A model generated the notes under the pieces. That model saw nothing but the letters and a program-made list of their open reading frames with translations. It was not told where the DNA came from and did not search any database. A stretch of DNA of 64,000 nucleotides from a virus (lineage: Duplodnaviria > Caudoviricetes), in the IMG/VR virus record IMGVR_UViG_3300033076_001137, positions 9,406 through 73,405 of that record; one strand, 5' to 3'. Below are positions 27,228 to 36,576 of this stretch, one piece after another. The position numbers and the translations under genes are program-made. Numbering within the stretch: the first letter of the stretch is position 1; every line of letters begins with the position of its first letter.

Positions 27228-27651
27228 CTTTCACCTCCTCATTGTAGATCTTCTTTAGATGATCATGATAGTCGTTAAGCGCGTGATCCTTCGGCTGCAC
27301 AGCGCGCCAGTCGCCGAGGATGAAGATCCGATAGGCATCATCTCCGTACTTGCCCACACCGTGGAGCTCCTTCGCCTGCTTCCAACCCCCCGCAGCGTAC
27401 TGAGCTGACATCCGCTTGAGCGTCTGCGTTCGCTTGCGCTGCATGCCGAGAGGCTTGATGAGCACCTCGAGGTCATCATCGGGTGCTGCAGCGAGATCCT
27501 GCGGAGTTGGCCAGCGCTGGAACATCTCCTCGACGACTGGCTCCATCTGCGCACGTTTCGTTAGGTTGAGGCATAGGCAGCAGACGAGGATCTTCCAACC
27601 GTCGGGCCAGTACTTTTCCTGAATGAGACCGAATTTAGGGGGAATCCACAT
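27220..27651 (-). CDS. MBD4-like HhH mismatch DNA glycosylase
   Basis: LCLN.T, LIKPLG, ELHGVGKYGDDAYRIF, PKDHALNDYHDHL closely parallel the MBD4 catalytic domain (ELHGIGKYGNDSYRIF...PEDHKLNKYHDWL, recalled). Confidence 0.85.
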   Translation of the reverse strand: MWIPPKFGLIQEKYWPDGWKILVCCLCLNLTKRAQMEPVVEEMFQRWPTPQDLAAAPDDDLEVLIKPLGMQRKRTQTLKRMSAQYAAGGWKQAKELHGVGKYGDDAYRIFILGDWRAVQPKDHALNDYHDHLKKIYNEEVKVA

Positions 27652-27690
27652 ACTATCATTTTACGTGGAATTCCCTATTTTACAAGCCGA

Positions 27691-28068
27691 TTATCCGACG
27701 CCCGCGAATCCTGCTGATCCTGTCACGATGCTGAAGCTTGAGGTCGGAACGCTCGTCAATCCTGCTAGAACGACGAAGGGTATGGAAGCTCCCGTCGAGC
27801 TGGAGAGGAAGAGCCTATCAACCCTGAACTCATTCGAGTAGCTGCTTCCGGAGGGAACGACAAAGTAATTGGTTCCCTGGACACCGAGCTGCGTAAAGCC
27901 CACACGAAGCTCAAGAGCGCTACGATTCTGGACAGTGAAGAACCGTGTCACAAACGGAAAGGTCACAGCTTGAACTGTCGTCACGTTGGAGGCTGTGACG
28001 AAAGGAGTCGCTGAGACCTGGTAAGCTGGGACGTATCCCTCACTCATAACTGGATTATTTAAGCCCAT
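27691..28068 (-). CDS. hypothetical beta-rich protein, probably virion-associated
   Basis: 125 aa, Ser/Thr/Val/Gly-rich, ATATTTA upstream. Confidence 0.7.
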   Translation of the reverse strand: MGLNNPVMSEGYVPAYQVSATPFVTASNVTTVQAVTFPFVTRFFTVQNRSALELRVGFTQLGVQGTNYFVVPSGSSYSNEFRVDRLFLSSSTGASIPFVVLAGLTSVPTSSFSIVTGSAGFAGVG

Positions 28069-28089
28069 ATTGTTGTCATCCTACGAGCT

Positions 28090-28096
28090 TAAATAT
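28090..28096 (-). promoter_or_regulatory. ATAnTTA putative late promoter (ATATTTA)
   Basis: 22 nt upstream of the 28068 start. Confidence 0.6.
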
Positions 28097-28106
28097 ACGC
28101 TCCCTA

Positions 28107-28910
28107 TCAATACGGCGGAGTATACATTCCCTCGGGGAAATGACCGAGACTTAGTATAATCTCATCGATGGCTTTCGCCGTCTGCTCACAATCTTGCACC
28201 TTAATCGATCGATTGAAAGATTTGAGTGCCTCGTATATCTCGAAGTCATTTCCCATAGGATCACAGCGATCGCCCACGAACCAGACCACATCTGATGGAA
28301 AATGACGAAGGACATACGACTTGTCCCATCCCTCTGGGTAAATGTCGAACGATGTCGAGCCGCCGAGCTTGACCGTAAGTTTTTTGCTAAGAGCGTACAG
28401 ACGATCACGAAGAGTGACCAGGGTCGCAATTCTCAAGTTTGACTTCTTGTCGATCCTTTCGAATTCCTCACGATCTTCATGACCTGCCTCACGCCCAATT
28501 GGACACCAGTTCATCATAGAACCACGATACGATACGAACTGACCCGTTAGAGGAAGCTCAGGAACGACCTCCATGAGGTCTCCCTGCATCGAATGCAGTA
28601 TCTTGTGAAACTGACGCCAATCATTTCCTAAGTAATCTCTCATCGAGATCGATGGAACCTGAGATTTCCATGATCCTTCCGCATAGATCCAGTGCTCGGT
28701 TCCATTACAGGAAAAAACCTCTAGACCCTTCTCGAAAAGTTCATGATCTACCTGCTCGATAACGTACGCCAGAGTGGAACCAGTTACTATTCCGACCCTG
28801 GCACATTGCAAGAGCTCGATCAGCTTGTCCTTATTCTTTCTCGTGATCTTCTTACGTGGAGGAGTTAGCGTCCCGTCGAGATCGAAGAGAACTATCGTTC
28901 TATTGTTCAT
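28107..28910 (-). CDS. HAD-family, eukaryote-type phosphomannomutase
   Basis: LFDLDGTLT, VGIVTGS, NG, R.SM.NWCPIGR, GGSTSFDIYP.GWDK, FVGD...GNDFEIY. Confidence 0.85.
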   Translation of the reverse strand: MNNRTIVLFDLDGTLTPPRKKITRKNKDKLIELLQCARVGIVTGSTLAYVIEQVDHELFEKGLEVFSCNGTEHWIYAEGSWKSQVPSISMRDYLGNDWRQFHKILHSMQGDLMEVVPELPLTGQFVSYRGSMMNWCPIGREAGHEDREEFERIDKKSNLRIATLVTLRDRLYALSKKLTVKLGGSTSFDIYPEGWDKSYVLRHFPSDVVWFVGDRCDPMGNDFEIYEALKSFNRSIKVQDCEQTAKAIDEIILSLGHFPEGMYTPPY

Positions 28911-28919
28911 GCTATACAA

Positions 28920-29552
28920 TTAGTATCCAAATGCTTCTATCGTGTGTTTGAAAGGATCACCAGGGATCGCGCGGACTTGACAAAGCATCTCCTCCGCAAG
29001 CCAGCAAATCTCACGTTGAGCGTCTGGCTTCATCCGAAGACCGAGGAAGTGGTTGAAAGAGCGCCAGTTGAACATGAGATCTGCGGTGATCTGATTACCA
29101 TATGGAAGGTAAAAGCGAGCGCTTTCCTTAGCTCGCTTTCGACTCATGCCACCTTCGACAAGACGCTCGAGTGTCTCATGATAACGCATGAGAGCGTCCT
29201 CCATGAAAGCGATGTATCTCGCCTGCTCCTCAAGCGGCCAATCCTTTGGGAGATAGTACTTGTCATCCTTGAGTTCCTTGTAACGTGCCGACTCTGCGTT
29301 GATCGAGACACCAATCCGATGCTTGAGAAGCTGGATGTGAGTCGCGATGTCTGTAGTGACAAGGAAGCTCAGAGAGCTCTTCTCGAAGGGGGTCTCATGT
29401 CCATTCTCGGCCAGCATTCTCAGGAGCGAGGGGACTCGTGTCTGCTTCTCTGCCGTGAGTTCCCGACTCGTGCTTGTCCATGCCGAGAGCGCGTGGCTCT
29501 CGTCGCCACCGTACCAACCGACCAATTCTACCTTGTTGTCCTGAAAGGGCAT
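28920..29552 (-). CDS. thyX: flavin-dependent thymidylate synthase
   Basis: GHETPFE, KHR..S...ESARY signature, AKESARFYLP, FLGLR...AQREI. Confidence 0.9.
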   Translation of the reverse strand: MPFQDNKVELVGWYGGDESHALSAWTSTSRELTAEKQTRVPSLLRMLAENGHETPFEKSSLSFLVTTDIATHIQLLKHRIGVSINAESARYKELKDDKYYLPKDWPLEEQARYIAFMEDALMRYHETLERLVEGGMSRKRAKESARFYLPYGNQITADLMFNWRSFNHFLGLRMKPDAQREICWLAEEMLCQVRAIPGDPFKHTIEAFGY

Positions 29553-29757
29553 GTCTTAATTTACTCCTGATATGCTTATCCCAGATGATCTCGAAACCCC
29601 ACTGCAGGAGGGTCAGAGTGGAGCCCGTTAGGAACACGATTCCAGCTGACTCTCCTGCGTTGTTTGTGAACATGTAGGCGATCGAGAAGCCATAACACAT
29701 GGAGAAGAATCTCCATGTGATGACCTTTGTTAAGAGCTCGATCTTCGCAGTTTTCAA
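29395..29757 (-). CDS. small membrane protein (DUF2061-like), overlapping thyX
   Basis: TTG start just after the clpP stop; KVITWRFFS...IAYMFT...AGIVF...FEIIWDK two-helix pattern; frame stays open 158 nt into thyX. Confidence 0.45.
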   Translation of the reverse strand: MKTAKIELLTKVITWRFFSMCYGFSIAYMFTNNAGESAGIVFLTGSTLTLLQWGFEIIWDKHIRSKLRHALSGQQGRIGRLVRWRREPRALGMDKHESGTHGREADTSPLAPENAGREWT

Positions 29758-29758
29758 T

Positions 29759-30361
29759 TTAGTCCAGGGTGTAGTTGAGTTCGATCTTACAGGTGAGAGT
29801 CGGGACCCTAAGCTCATTGGCGATGTTATGCAACTTCGCCTCTTGGCTGTCGAGGTACCAGTCTGCGTGACCCTTCTCATGGACGAGCTTCAGGAAGTAG
29901 TCCGAAGGCTTCCCACAATTGCGAGCCATCATCTCGTAGACTTTCTTGTTGAGGCGCTCGACCTCCTTCGCGTTTGTCTTGATCTCCTCGACCTTACCGA
30001 AGGATCCAGAGGAGACATCATGAATCATGAGAGTAGCATCCGGATCCATGAATCTCATGCCCTCGGCTCCGAAACTGAAGAGAAGTGCGCCACAGCTCAT
30101 CGCCTTGCCCTCGACGATGGTCGCCACAGGAACTCGAGAAGCCTTGATCGCAGAGATCATGGCCATGAGAGAGTACACTTGACCGCCATAGGAATCAATG
30201 ACGACAGGAATCACCGACTGACCCGTATTCTGCGCTCGGCTCATGAGATCCACGAATTCCTTCGCGGATTCCTCATCGAACTCGTTGACCCTGATAATGA
30301 TTGGATCAACCTTGAGTTCAACTGCCTTGATGTGATGAGAAACGTCTGCGATAAAGTTCAT
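29759..30361 (-). CDS. clpP: ClpP-like protease
   Basis: IDSYGG, GKAMSCG (catalytic Ser), LMIHD (catalytic His), WYLDSQEA; start moved to ATG 30361 to avoid overlap with nrdJ. Confidence 0.85.
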   Translation of the reverse strand: MNFIADVSHHIKAVELKVDPIIIRVNEFDEESAKEFVDLMSRAQNTGQSVIPVVIDSYGGQVYSLMAMISAIKASRVPVATIVEGKAMSCGALLFSFGAEGMRFMDPDATLMIHDVSSGSFGKVEEIKTNAKEVERLNKKVYEMMARNCGKPSDYFLKLVHEKGHADWYLDSQEAKLHNIANELRVPTLTCKIELNYTLD

Positions 30362-30410
30362 TGCGTATCCTGTCTGTGTTAGGTTAATGATTTTTTCTAC
30401 TGTTCGTTCT

Positions 30411-32912
30411 TCACTTGCACTTCGAATAGCCGCACGACTTACAGGAAAGGCAGCCTTCCTGATAGACGAGCTCGGAATTGCCACACTCTGGGCACCCCTT
30501 TTCGCTTGACTTAGTACCATCCTTGATGTATCCCTTGAATACCCGGGCGATCACCCGAGCATATGAAAACATATCGCTATTCTTATCCTTTTGCAACTGC
30601 TCGACAACATAATGAAGCGGAACCTCATGCCGAAGAGCGAGGGAGATGGTTCTCGTGAATGCTCCTTGTGTCGGATTGTCGAAAAGGTTCACGATGTCCT
30701 TGAAGATGAGGTTATCATCCTCTGCAACTGGAACGAGAAGGTTATAGGTCGCAATTCCATCACGTTTTCCATTCTTAACGAGCGTTCCCGACTTGTACTT
30801 CTTGGGAATCTCGATGTTCTCGGGAATTCCGCAGAAAACCTCGTATGGCTTCCCGTCGTTCAGACCGATGAGCACGAGCCAAGATTCTGGAACATCGCCA
30901 TTTCTGATGTTGACCCTGTGAATATCACAAGGAAGCGATTTCGGACGCTTCGGAACCAGACGCCCATCGTCAGCCCTCTTGCTCTCCTTCTTGGGTTCGT
31001 CGGTAGCGACAAGAACACCTGCTCGACAGCCATCACGGTAAACTGTGAATCCCTTGCAACCCGTCTTCCAAGCTTTCATGTAGACGTCATTGACCGTTTC
31101 TCGGGTCGCCGAGTTAGGAAGGTTGCAAGTCTTAGAGATCGAGTGATCGATCCACTTCTGGGCTGCTGCCTGAATCTCAACGCTCTTGCTCCAGTCGATG
31201 TCGTTCGCTGTTCCGCCCCAGTAAGGGCTCTCCTGCGGATCAGACTTGCCCGTCACGTCCATCCACTTCTTGAACCAGTGGTGGTAAACCGTGTACTCTT
31301 GCCACTTATCGCCCAACGGGTCCACGTAATCCACCCTGGAGGTAAGATCGCCCTGCGTGATCTTACGCCGGCGCTTGTAAGAGAGCATGAACGCTGGCTC
31401 GATTCCCGACGTCGTGCGCGTGAGGCACGAGACGGAGCCGACTGGTGCGGTGGTGGTGAGCGCAATGTTGCGTCGACCAGTCTTCTTCCACATATCGATC
31501 GCATCGGGATGGAGCGAGTTCGTAGCCTCCATGACGCCCTTCAAATACTTGTGATCCTTCTCCTTCTCATAATCCCAGACTGGGAACGCGCCACGTTCCT
31601 GAGCCATCACGAGAGAAGAATAATGAGCGTACTTCGCGAGCCAGCTGTAGATCACCTCGGTCATGTGAATCGAATTATCAGATCCGTACTTGAGACCGAG
31701 AGCTGCGAGAGCGTCTCCAAGACCTGTGATTCCGAGACCGGTCCTGCGACCGTTGAGACCGGCAGCTCGGATCTTGTTCCAAAGATCGCGTTCGATCCTC
31801 TTCACGTGATCAGGCTGCGGATCCTTCTCAATTTTAGCTAGAATACGATCGACACATTCAACCTCAAGGTCGACGAGATCGTCCATGAGACGTTGCGCTG
31901 CGTAAACCGTCTTGCCGAATTCAATGAAATCAAACTCAGCCCGGTCGGTGAAAGGATCTTTCACGAAAGACGTTAGATTAACGACCATGAGACGACACGA
32001 GTCATACGGGCTGAGTGGGATCTCGCCGCATGGATTGGTCGAGATCGTCTTGTACCCGACGTCACGATAGCAATCGACCACTCCATTATCAACCACAGTA
32101 TCCCAGAAGAGAGCACCCGGCTCAGCGGAGGCCCAAGCAGCGTCGATGAACTTATCCCAGATTTGCTTCGCGTTGACGGTCTTCGTGATCTCAGCATCAG
32201 CAGGATCATTTTCGACAGGCCAACGCAGCGTGAAATCACTGTTTGTTTCAACTGCGCGCATGAACTCGTCTGTGAACCGGATCGAGATATTGGCACCCGT
32301 CACCTTCTTCAGATCACGCTTGATGTCGATGAAGGTCTCAATCTCGGGATGACGACAGTCGATGGTGAGCATGAGCGCACCGCGGCGACCGCCCTGAGCA
32401 ACCTCACGGCAGGAGTTTGAGAAGCGCTCCATGAAGACGCCGATGCCATCAGTTGTTCGCGCAGCGTTCGAAGTCGGTTGTCCCTTCGGACGAATGGTGG
32501 AGATGTCGAATCCGACCCCACCGCGCCTCTTCATGATCTGAACCTGCTCCTGGTCCGAGAAAAGAATACCACCGTATGAGTCGTTCGGCTGCTCGATGAC
32601 GAAACAGTTCGATAACGACTGGAGCTGGTACGGGTTTCCGATTCCGGACATCGGAGATCCCTGCGGAACGACGTACTTGAAGTCACGCAGCAGATTGTAA
32701 ATGCTCTCCTCGCCCATCGGATTCGGATACTTTCTCTCGATCCTAGCAAATTCACGAGCAAGACGACGGTGCATCATGTCAGGATCCGCCTCGAGCAGGT
32801 TATCGTCAGCGTCACGAAGCGCGTACTTCATGAAAACGTCTGGTGCGAGCTCATCATTCTCAAAGTAAGCGTTGGTACGCTCGCGAACTTCATTCTTGGT
32901 GTAAGACATCAT
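30411..32912 (-). CDS. nrdJ: class II (B12-dependent) ribonucleotide reductase
   Basis: SNCFV, RRGGVG, TNPCGE, RRTGLG, APVGSVS, KTCNLP, KGFTVYRDGCR and a C-terminal CPECG...CKSCGYSKC Zn ribbon; no small subunit nearby. Confidence 0.93.
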   Translation of the reverse strand: MMSYTKNEVRERTNAYFENDELAPDVFMKYALRDADDNLLEADPDMMHRRLAREFARIERKYPNPMGEESIYNLLRDFKYVVPQGSPMSGIGNPYQLQSLSNCFVIEQPNDSYGGILFSDQEQVQIMKRRGGVGFDISTIRPKGQPTSNAARTTDGIGVFMERFSNSCREVAQGGRRGALMLTIDCRHPEIETFIDIKRDLKKVTGANISIRFTDEFMRAVETNSDFTLRWPVENDPADAEITKTVNAKQIWDKFIDAAWASAEPGALFWDTVVDNGVVDCYRDVGYKTISTNPCGEIPLSPYDSCRLMVVNLTSFVKDPFTDRAEFDFIEFGKTVYAAQRLMDDLVDLEVECVDRILAKIEKDPQPDHVKRIERDLWNKIRAAGLNGRRTGLGITGLGDALAALGLKYGSDNSIHMTEVIYSWLAKYAHYSSLVMAQERGAFPVWDYEKEKDHKYLKGVMEATNSLHPDAIDMWKKTGRRNIALTTTAPVGSVSCLTRTTSGIEPAFMLSYKRRRKITQGDLTSRVDYVDPLGDKWQEYTVYHHWFKKWMDVTGKSDPQESPYWGGTANDIDWSKSVEIQAAAQKWIDHSISKTCNLPNSATRETVNDVYMKAWKTGCKGFTVYRDGCRAGVLVATDEPKKESKRADDGRLVPKRPKSLPCDIHRVNIRNGDVPESWLVLIGLNDGKPYEVFCGIPENIEIPKKYKSGTLVKNGKRDGIATYNLLVPVAEDDNLIFKDIVNLFDNPTQGAFTRTISLALRHEVPLHYVVEQLQKDKNSDMFSYARVIARVFKGYIKDGTKSSEKGCPECGNSELVYQEGCLSCKSCGYSKCK

Positions 32913-32918
32913 TTCTCC

Positions 32919-34310
32919 CTATTTGCTGCCCGTCACTTCTTGCCACTTCTTACGCAAAAGCTTTTTTGCGTCATTTCCGTCTTGAGTCATAGATTCCTGC
33001 AAAGTCAAGCTATTCTCATCAAGAATCTTAATCCTAGATTGCGAAGTATCGATGTGAATAGGAAAAAGAATACCGTCTCGACCAGCTCGATTTTTCGCCA
33101 CGAAAAGCCGACCTGAACCGTCAGCTTTTTCGCTGGGCTTTCTCGATATAGACATAACGACATCTGCGACCATTGCCTTTCCGTAAGCCTCACTCATATT
33201 CTCGAGACCGACGACCTCAGCACCCGACGCTTCACGATTCGCCTGCGAAGCGGTCCAGATTGGAATGTTGAGCTCCATAGCTAGATTTCTGAGCTCCTCG
33301 TACACAAGCTTCAGCTCATGTCTGAGAGAATCGAAAGTCCTGGAAGATCTCATGATGTCAGCGTAGTCGATGATGATCAAGCTCGGTACAAAACCTTTCA
33401 GGTTTAACTTTTCGATATGATTTCTGAGCATCTGGACCGTTGCTGTGCCGGTTGGGTATTCCTTGATGATCAGACGACCAAGATCCATCGTCTCGTAATT
33501 CTTTAGAATCTCTTCCTTCATATCGGGAACGTCATTCGACGGAACACCGCAGAGGTTCGAATCGTAGCGAAGGCCGACAGCCGTTTCCGTAAGCTCGAAT
33601 GTGTAGTGCACAACATTCTTACCCATCTTGAGAGCATGTGCCCCCATCGCCGTGAGCCAGTGACTCTTTCCAACGCCAGTCGGAGCTACAACGACGCCGA
33701 GCTCTCCCCTACCGAGACCACCACGAAGGATGTCCTTACCATCGAGAACGTCCAGCCCAGTGGGACATGGATTGCGATTGATCTTGACAAAACGTGCCTC
33801 GGCATCCTCGAAAAAATCGTGACCCGTCGTATTTGCCATACCGACCGAGACGGCTTTCTTCATGAGGTCGACGACGGACTCGAACTTGTCGGTTGCCACC
33901 ATCTCGACTGCCTTCTCGAGCGCCTCACGGAAAGCCTGCCTCTTGCAGAAATCCAGCGACTTTTCCTTCACGTAACCAAGATCGCCCGGATCTGGGTTAG
34001 CGCGCATGCGATGCAAGAAATCGATGATCTGATCCTTGAGAATCGCGTCGGGGCCCTGCTGCAGATCCTCCTTGATGATCGACACCAATAGCTGCATCGT
34101 CGGGAAGCATTTGAACTTTTCGAAATGCTTGAAGTAACGATCAGTCAGAAACGCTAGGTACTTCAAATCGAAGTAGTCTGGTCTCATGACCTCAACCATC
34201 TGAGCTGCCCAGATGTGATCCGTTAGCAGACTCTGGAAGATTTTTTCTTGAAACGACTTGCCGTACTGACGAAACAGAGCTTCGCCTGCGTTGATTTCGT
34301 TCTGAGTCAT
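32919..34310 (-). CDS. replicative DnaB/gp41-like helicase
   Basis: APTGVGKS Walker A, IIIDYADIM, WTASQANR, VAKNR.G. Confidence 0.92.
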   Translation of the reverse strand: MTQNEINAGEALFRQYGKSFQEKIFQSLLTDHIWAAQMVEVMRPDYFDLKYLAFLTDRYFKHFEKFKCFPTMQLLVSIIKEDLQQGPDAILKDQIIDFLHRMRANPDPGDLGYVKEKSLDFCKRQAFREALEKAVEMVATDKFESVVDLMKKAVSVGMANTTGHDFFEDAEARFVKINRNPCPTGLDVLDGKDILRGGLGRGELGVVVAPTGVGKSHWLTAMGAHALKMGKNVVHYTFELTETAVGLRYDSNLCGVPSNDVPDMKEEILKNYETMDLGRLIIKEYPTGTATVQMLRNHIEKLNLKGFVPSLIIIDYADIMRSSRTFDSLRHELKLVYEELRNLAMELNIPIWTASQANREASGAEVVGLENMSEAYGKAMVADVVMSISRKPSEKADGSGRLFVAKNRAGRDGILFPIHIDTSQSRIKILDENSLTLQESMTQDGNDAKKLLRKKWQEVTGSK

Positions 34311-34318
34311 AGGCTCTC

Positions 34319-35281
34319 TTAAGTATGAAGAAGGTGACTTGTCAGTTGGAAGAAAGCTCGCTCTCGATCGAAATTATTGATTCCGGACTTGACGAGCAAC
34401 CTGAGATACTCCATCTTATTAGCCTCTGGCCTAAATGATTCGAGTCCGGATTCAATTTTTCCAACCTGATTTCCCGAGAGTGAGGAGACGTCGAGGTTCA
34501 TAAGTTGCCAATTGAGACGCGCCTCGTCGGCTCCCTCCACTATGCTTCGGAACAACTGCGGACCCTTCGGGGTGGCCCGCGCAACCGCCATGTTGACAAT
34601 GTCATCCGGGCCCAGCAAAGCCTCCCCCGCGACCTCTGGAAAGCGTTTAGCCATAGTCTTCCAGCCGGCTCCCTCAATGCCCGGGATTCCGTCTGCACCG
34701 TCGCCGACAAAGCATCGAGTGGCGACAAAATTTCTGGCTGTGCACCCAAATCGAGTCAAGACGTCGACCTCGTTAACGAAAGATTTCGACGTAGGACTCC
34801 AGATCCTGACGCGATCATCGAGAAGCTGGTAGTAATCCTTATCGGATGACATAATGACACACGGATCGTCTTTTAACCTGTATCGAGCCACGTAAGCGAT
34901 CACATCGTCAGCCTCGCAGTCGGTCACATAGCTCTGCTGTACTGGGAGAAGCTTTAGAATCTGCACGAGGGTGGCAACCTGCCAATTTCGATTACCGACG
35001 GTGTCTGGGATATCACCCTCGTAGTAGCGATTTAACTTCTGCGGCTTTCGTTTCGTCTTGTACTCAGCAAAGAGAGCACGTCGTCTGGGAGAGCCGCCTC
35101 CTTCCCAGACGACGATGACCCGTCGTGGGCTCAGAAACTCGCATTTCTGCCCCAGCTCGTTCAGAAAACCCACGATCCCACCGATAGCCTGCCCGTTGGC
35201 TCCGAGCGTCGGGTTCGCGCAGAAATGTCGTGTGAAGCAGTTAAGTCCGTCCACCAGTAGAGTGGGTCTTCCGCCGAGCAT
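34319..35281 (-). CDS. 5'-3' exonuclease/flap endonuclease (T4 RNase H / Pol I N-terminal-like)
   Basis: LLVDGLN, YKTKRK, EADDVIAY, SSDKDYYQL, GDGADGIPGI. Confidence 0.9.
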   Translation of the reverse strand: MLGGRPTLLVDGLNCFTRHFCANPTLGANGQAIGGIVGFLNELGQKCEFLSPRRVIVVWEGGGSPRRRALFAEYKTKRKPQKLNRYYEGDIPDTVGNRNWQVATLVQILKLLPVQQSYVTDCEADDVIAYVARYRLKDDPCVIMSSDKDYYQLLDDRVRIWSPTSKSFVNEVDVLTRFGCTARNFVATRCFVGDGADGIPGIEGAGWKTMAKRFPEVAGEALLGPDDIVNMAVARATPKGPQLFRSIVEGADEARLNWQLMNLDVSSLSGNQVGKIESGLESFRPEANKMEYLRLLVKSGINNFDRERAFFQLTSHLLHT

Positions 35282-36481
35282 TTACGCCTCCGGATCGATG
35301 TCAGCGCCGACCATCTGATCCTTGAGAGCTCGCATCTCCTCGTAGGACTCAGGATCAATGTCAAGATCGCTCACATTCACCGAAGTCCTGATTAGCGCTT
35401 TCTCCAGAAGCCCGTCAATCCATGGCTTATACTGGGGATCTTTCCACAGGTCTCCAAAATCAGCCTTGTAGAACTTCTTCTCAAGGATGTTCTCGTTCTT
35501 CTCGTTGGTGACCTTAATCGTCTTCCACGCGCTGGTGCCCTCGACCGAGACTTGATGATCGTTAATCATATCAGGTCCATGCTCACGAAGCACGTCGAAT
35601 ACCTCCTCATGCTCTTCGATGCCCTTACCGAAGATGATCCTGAATTCAACCTTTCGGAATGGAGGCGCAACCTTGTTCTTGATGGTCTTCGCCCAGACGT
35701 TGATGCCGATCGCTTCACCTTGCTTGTTCTCAATATGAGAACCAGCTCCGAGCTTGAGACGGACCGAGGCATGGAACGGGATCGCCATACCACCGGGAGT
35801 GGTTGTCGGGTCACCGTGCATTACACCGATCTTCGTGCGGATCTGGTTGAGGATGACGAAGAGCACGTTCTGGTCGCCGATGACGCCTGTGATCTTTCGC
35901 ATGCCCTTGGAGATCGCGCGAGCCTGGAGACCGATTGTGTCCTTGTCGTATGCTCCTTCAAGCTCTGCCTTGGGGGAGCTAGCAGCCACCGAGTCCCAGA
36001 TGATCGTGATCGGGACATCCTTCTGCATCGCTTTCGCCTTCAGGATCGTCTTCTCGGCGATATCGAGCACCTCTTCAGTGCAGTGAGTGTCGACGTAGAC
36101 GAACCGCTTCGAGACGTCGACGCCGAGCGCCGCAAGGTTCTCGACCGAGGTGCCGTTCTCAGTGTCAATATAGACCACGATGCCGCCCATCGACTGGGTA
36201 GAGCGTGCGATCTGCGTTGCGATATGGCTCTTACCAATGGATGGTGGACCGAAGATCTCTACGATTCGACCCTCGGGTAGTCCACCCTTCGCTCGATTCG
36301 ATACAATGAGATCGAGCTGCTTCGAGCCGCTGGAGATCCAGCGCTTCACGTGGGTCGGAGATGTATCGACCGCAAGATTGTACGCGATTCGAGAGCCGTG
36401 GTCCTTATTGAGTGATGAGATGAGATCACTGGTAAAATCATCAGCAGCAGTCTTCACTGCTGCAGTATCCTTCTTTGCCAT
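35282..36481 (-). CDS. recA: RecA/UvsX recombinase
   Basis: GRIVEIFGPPSIGKS, IIWDSVA, LNQIR.KIG, TTPGG.A..F, KNKVAPPFR. Confidence 0.95.
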   Translation of the reverse strand: MAKKDTAAVKTAADDFTSDLISSLNKDHGSRIAYNLAVDTSPTHVKRWISSGSKQLDLIVSNRAKGGLPEGRIVEIFGPPSIGKSHIATQIARSTQSMGGIVVYIDTENGTSVENLAALGVDVSKRFVYVDTHCTEEVLDIAEKTILKAKAMQKDVPITIIWDSVAASSPKAELEGAYDKDTIGLQARAISKGMRKITGVIGDQNVLFVILNQIRTKIGVMHGDPTTTPGGMAIPFHASVRLKLGAGSHIENKQGEAIGINVWAKTIKNKVAPPFRKVEFRIIFGKGIEEHEEVFDVLREHGPDMINDHQVSVEGTSAWKTIKVTNEKNENILEKKFYKADFGDLWKDPQYKPWIDGLLEKALIRTSVNVSDLDIDPESYEEMRALKDQMVGADIDPEA

Positions 36482-36524
36482 TTCTACTCCTTCAATATTC
36501 TAATTTCACGCTGCAGAATGTGCA

Positions 36525-36559
36525 AAGGGCGGGGAAGCTTATTCAACTTCCCCGCCCTT
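36525..36559. terminator. intrinsic terminator hairpin
   Basis: Perfect 13-bp stem AAGGGCGGGGAAG/CTTCCCCGCCCTT just downstream of the SSB gene. Confidence 0.85.
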
Positions 36560-36576
36560 ATCTTCAGATCGTCAGA

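Noticed and set aside
29759-30520. ClpP N-terminal extension MVLSQAK... from 30520
   Set aside because: It overlaps the conserved nrdJ C-terminal Zn ribbon; ATG 30361 with an upstream AGGA is more plausible
30591-31841. Long plus-strand ORFs (also 13767..14798, 22002..22730, 36475..37437, 52061..52807)
   Set aside because: They lie exactly antisense to well-conserved minus-strand genes, have no recognisable motifs or SD, and are typical shadows of biased codon usage
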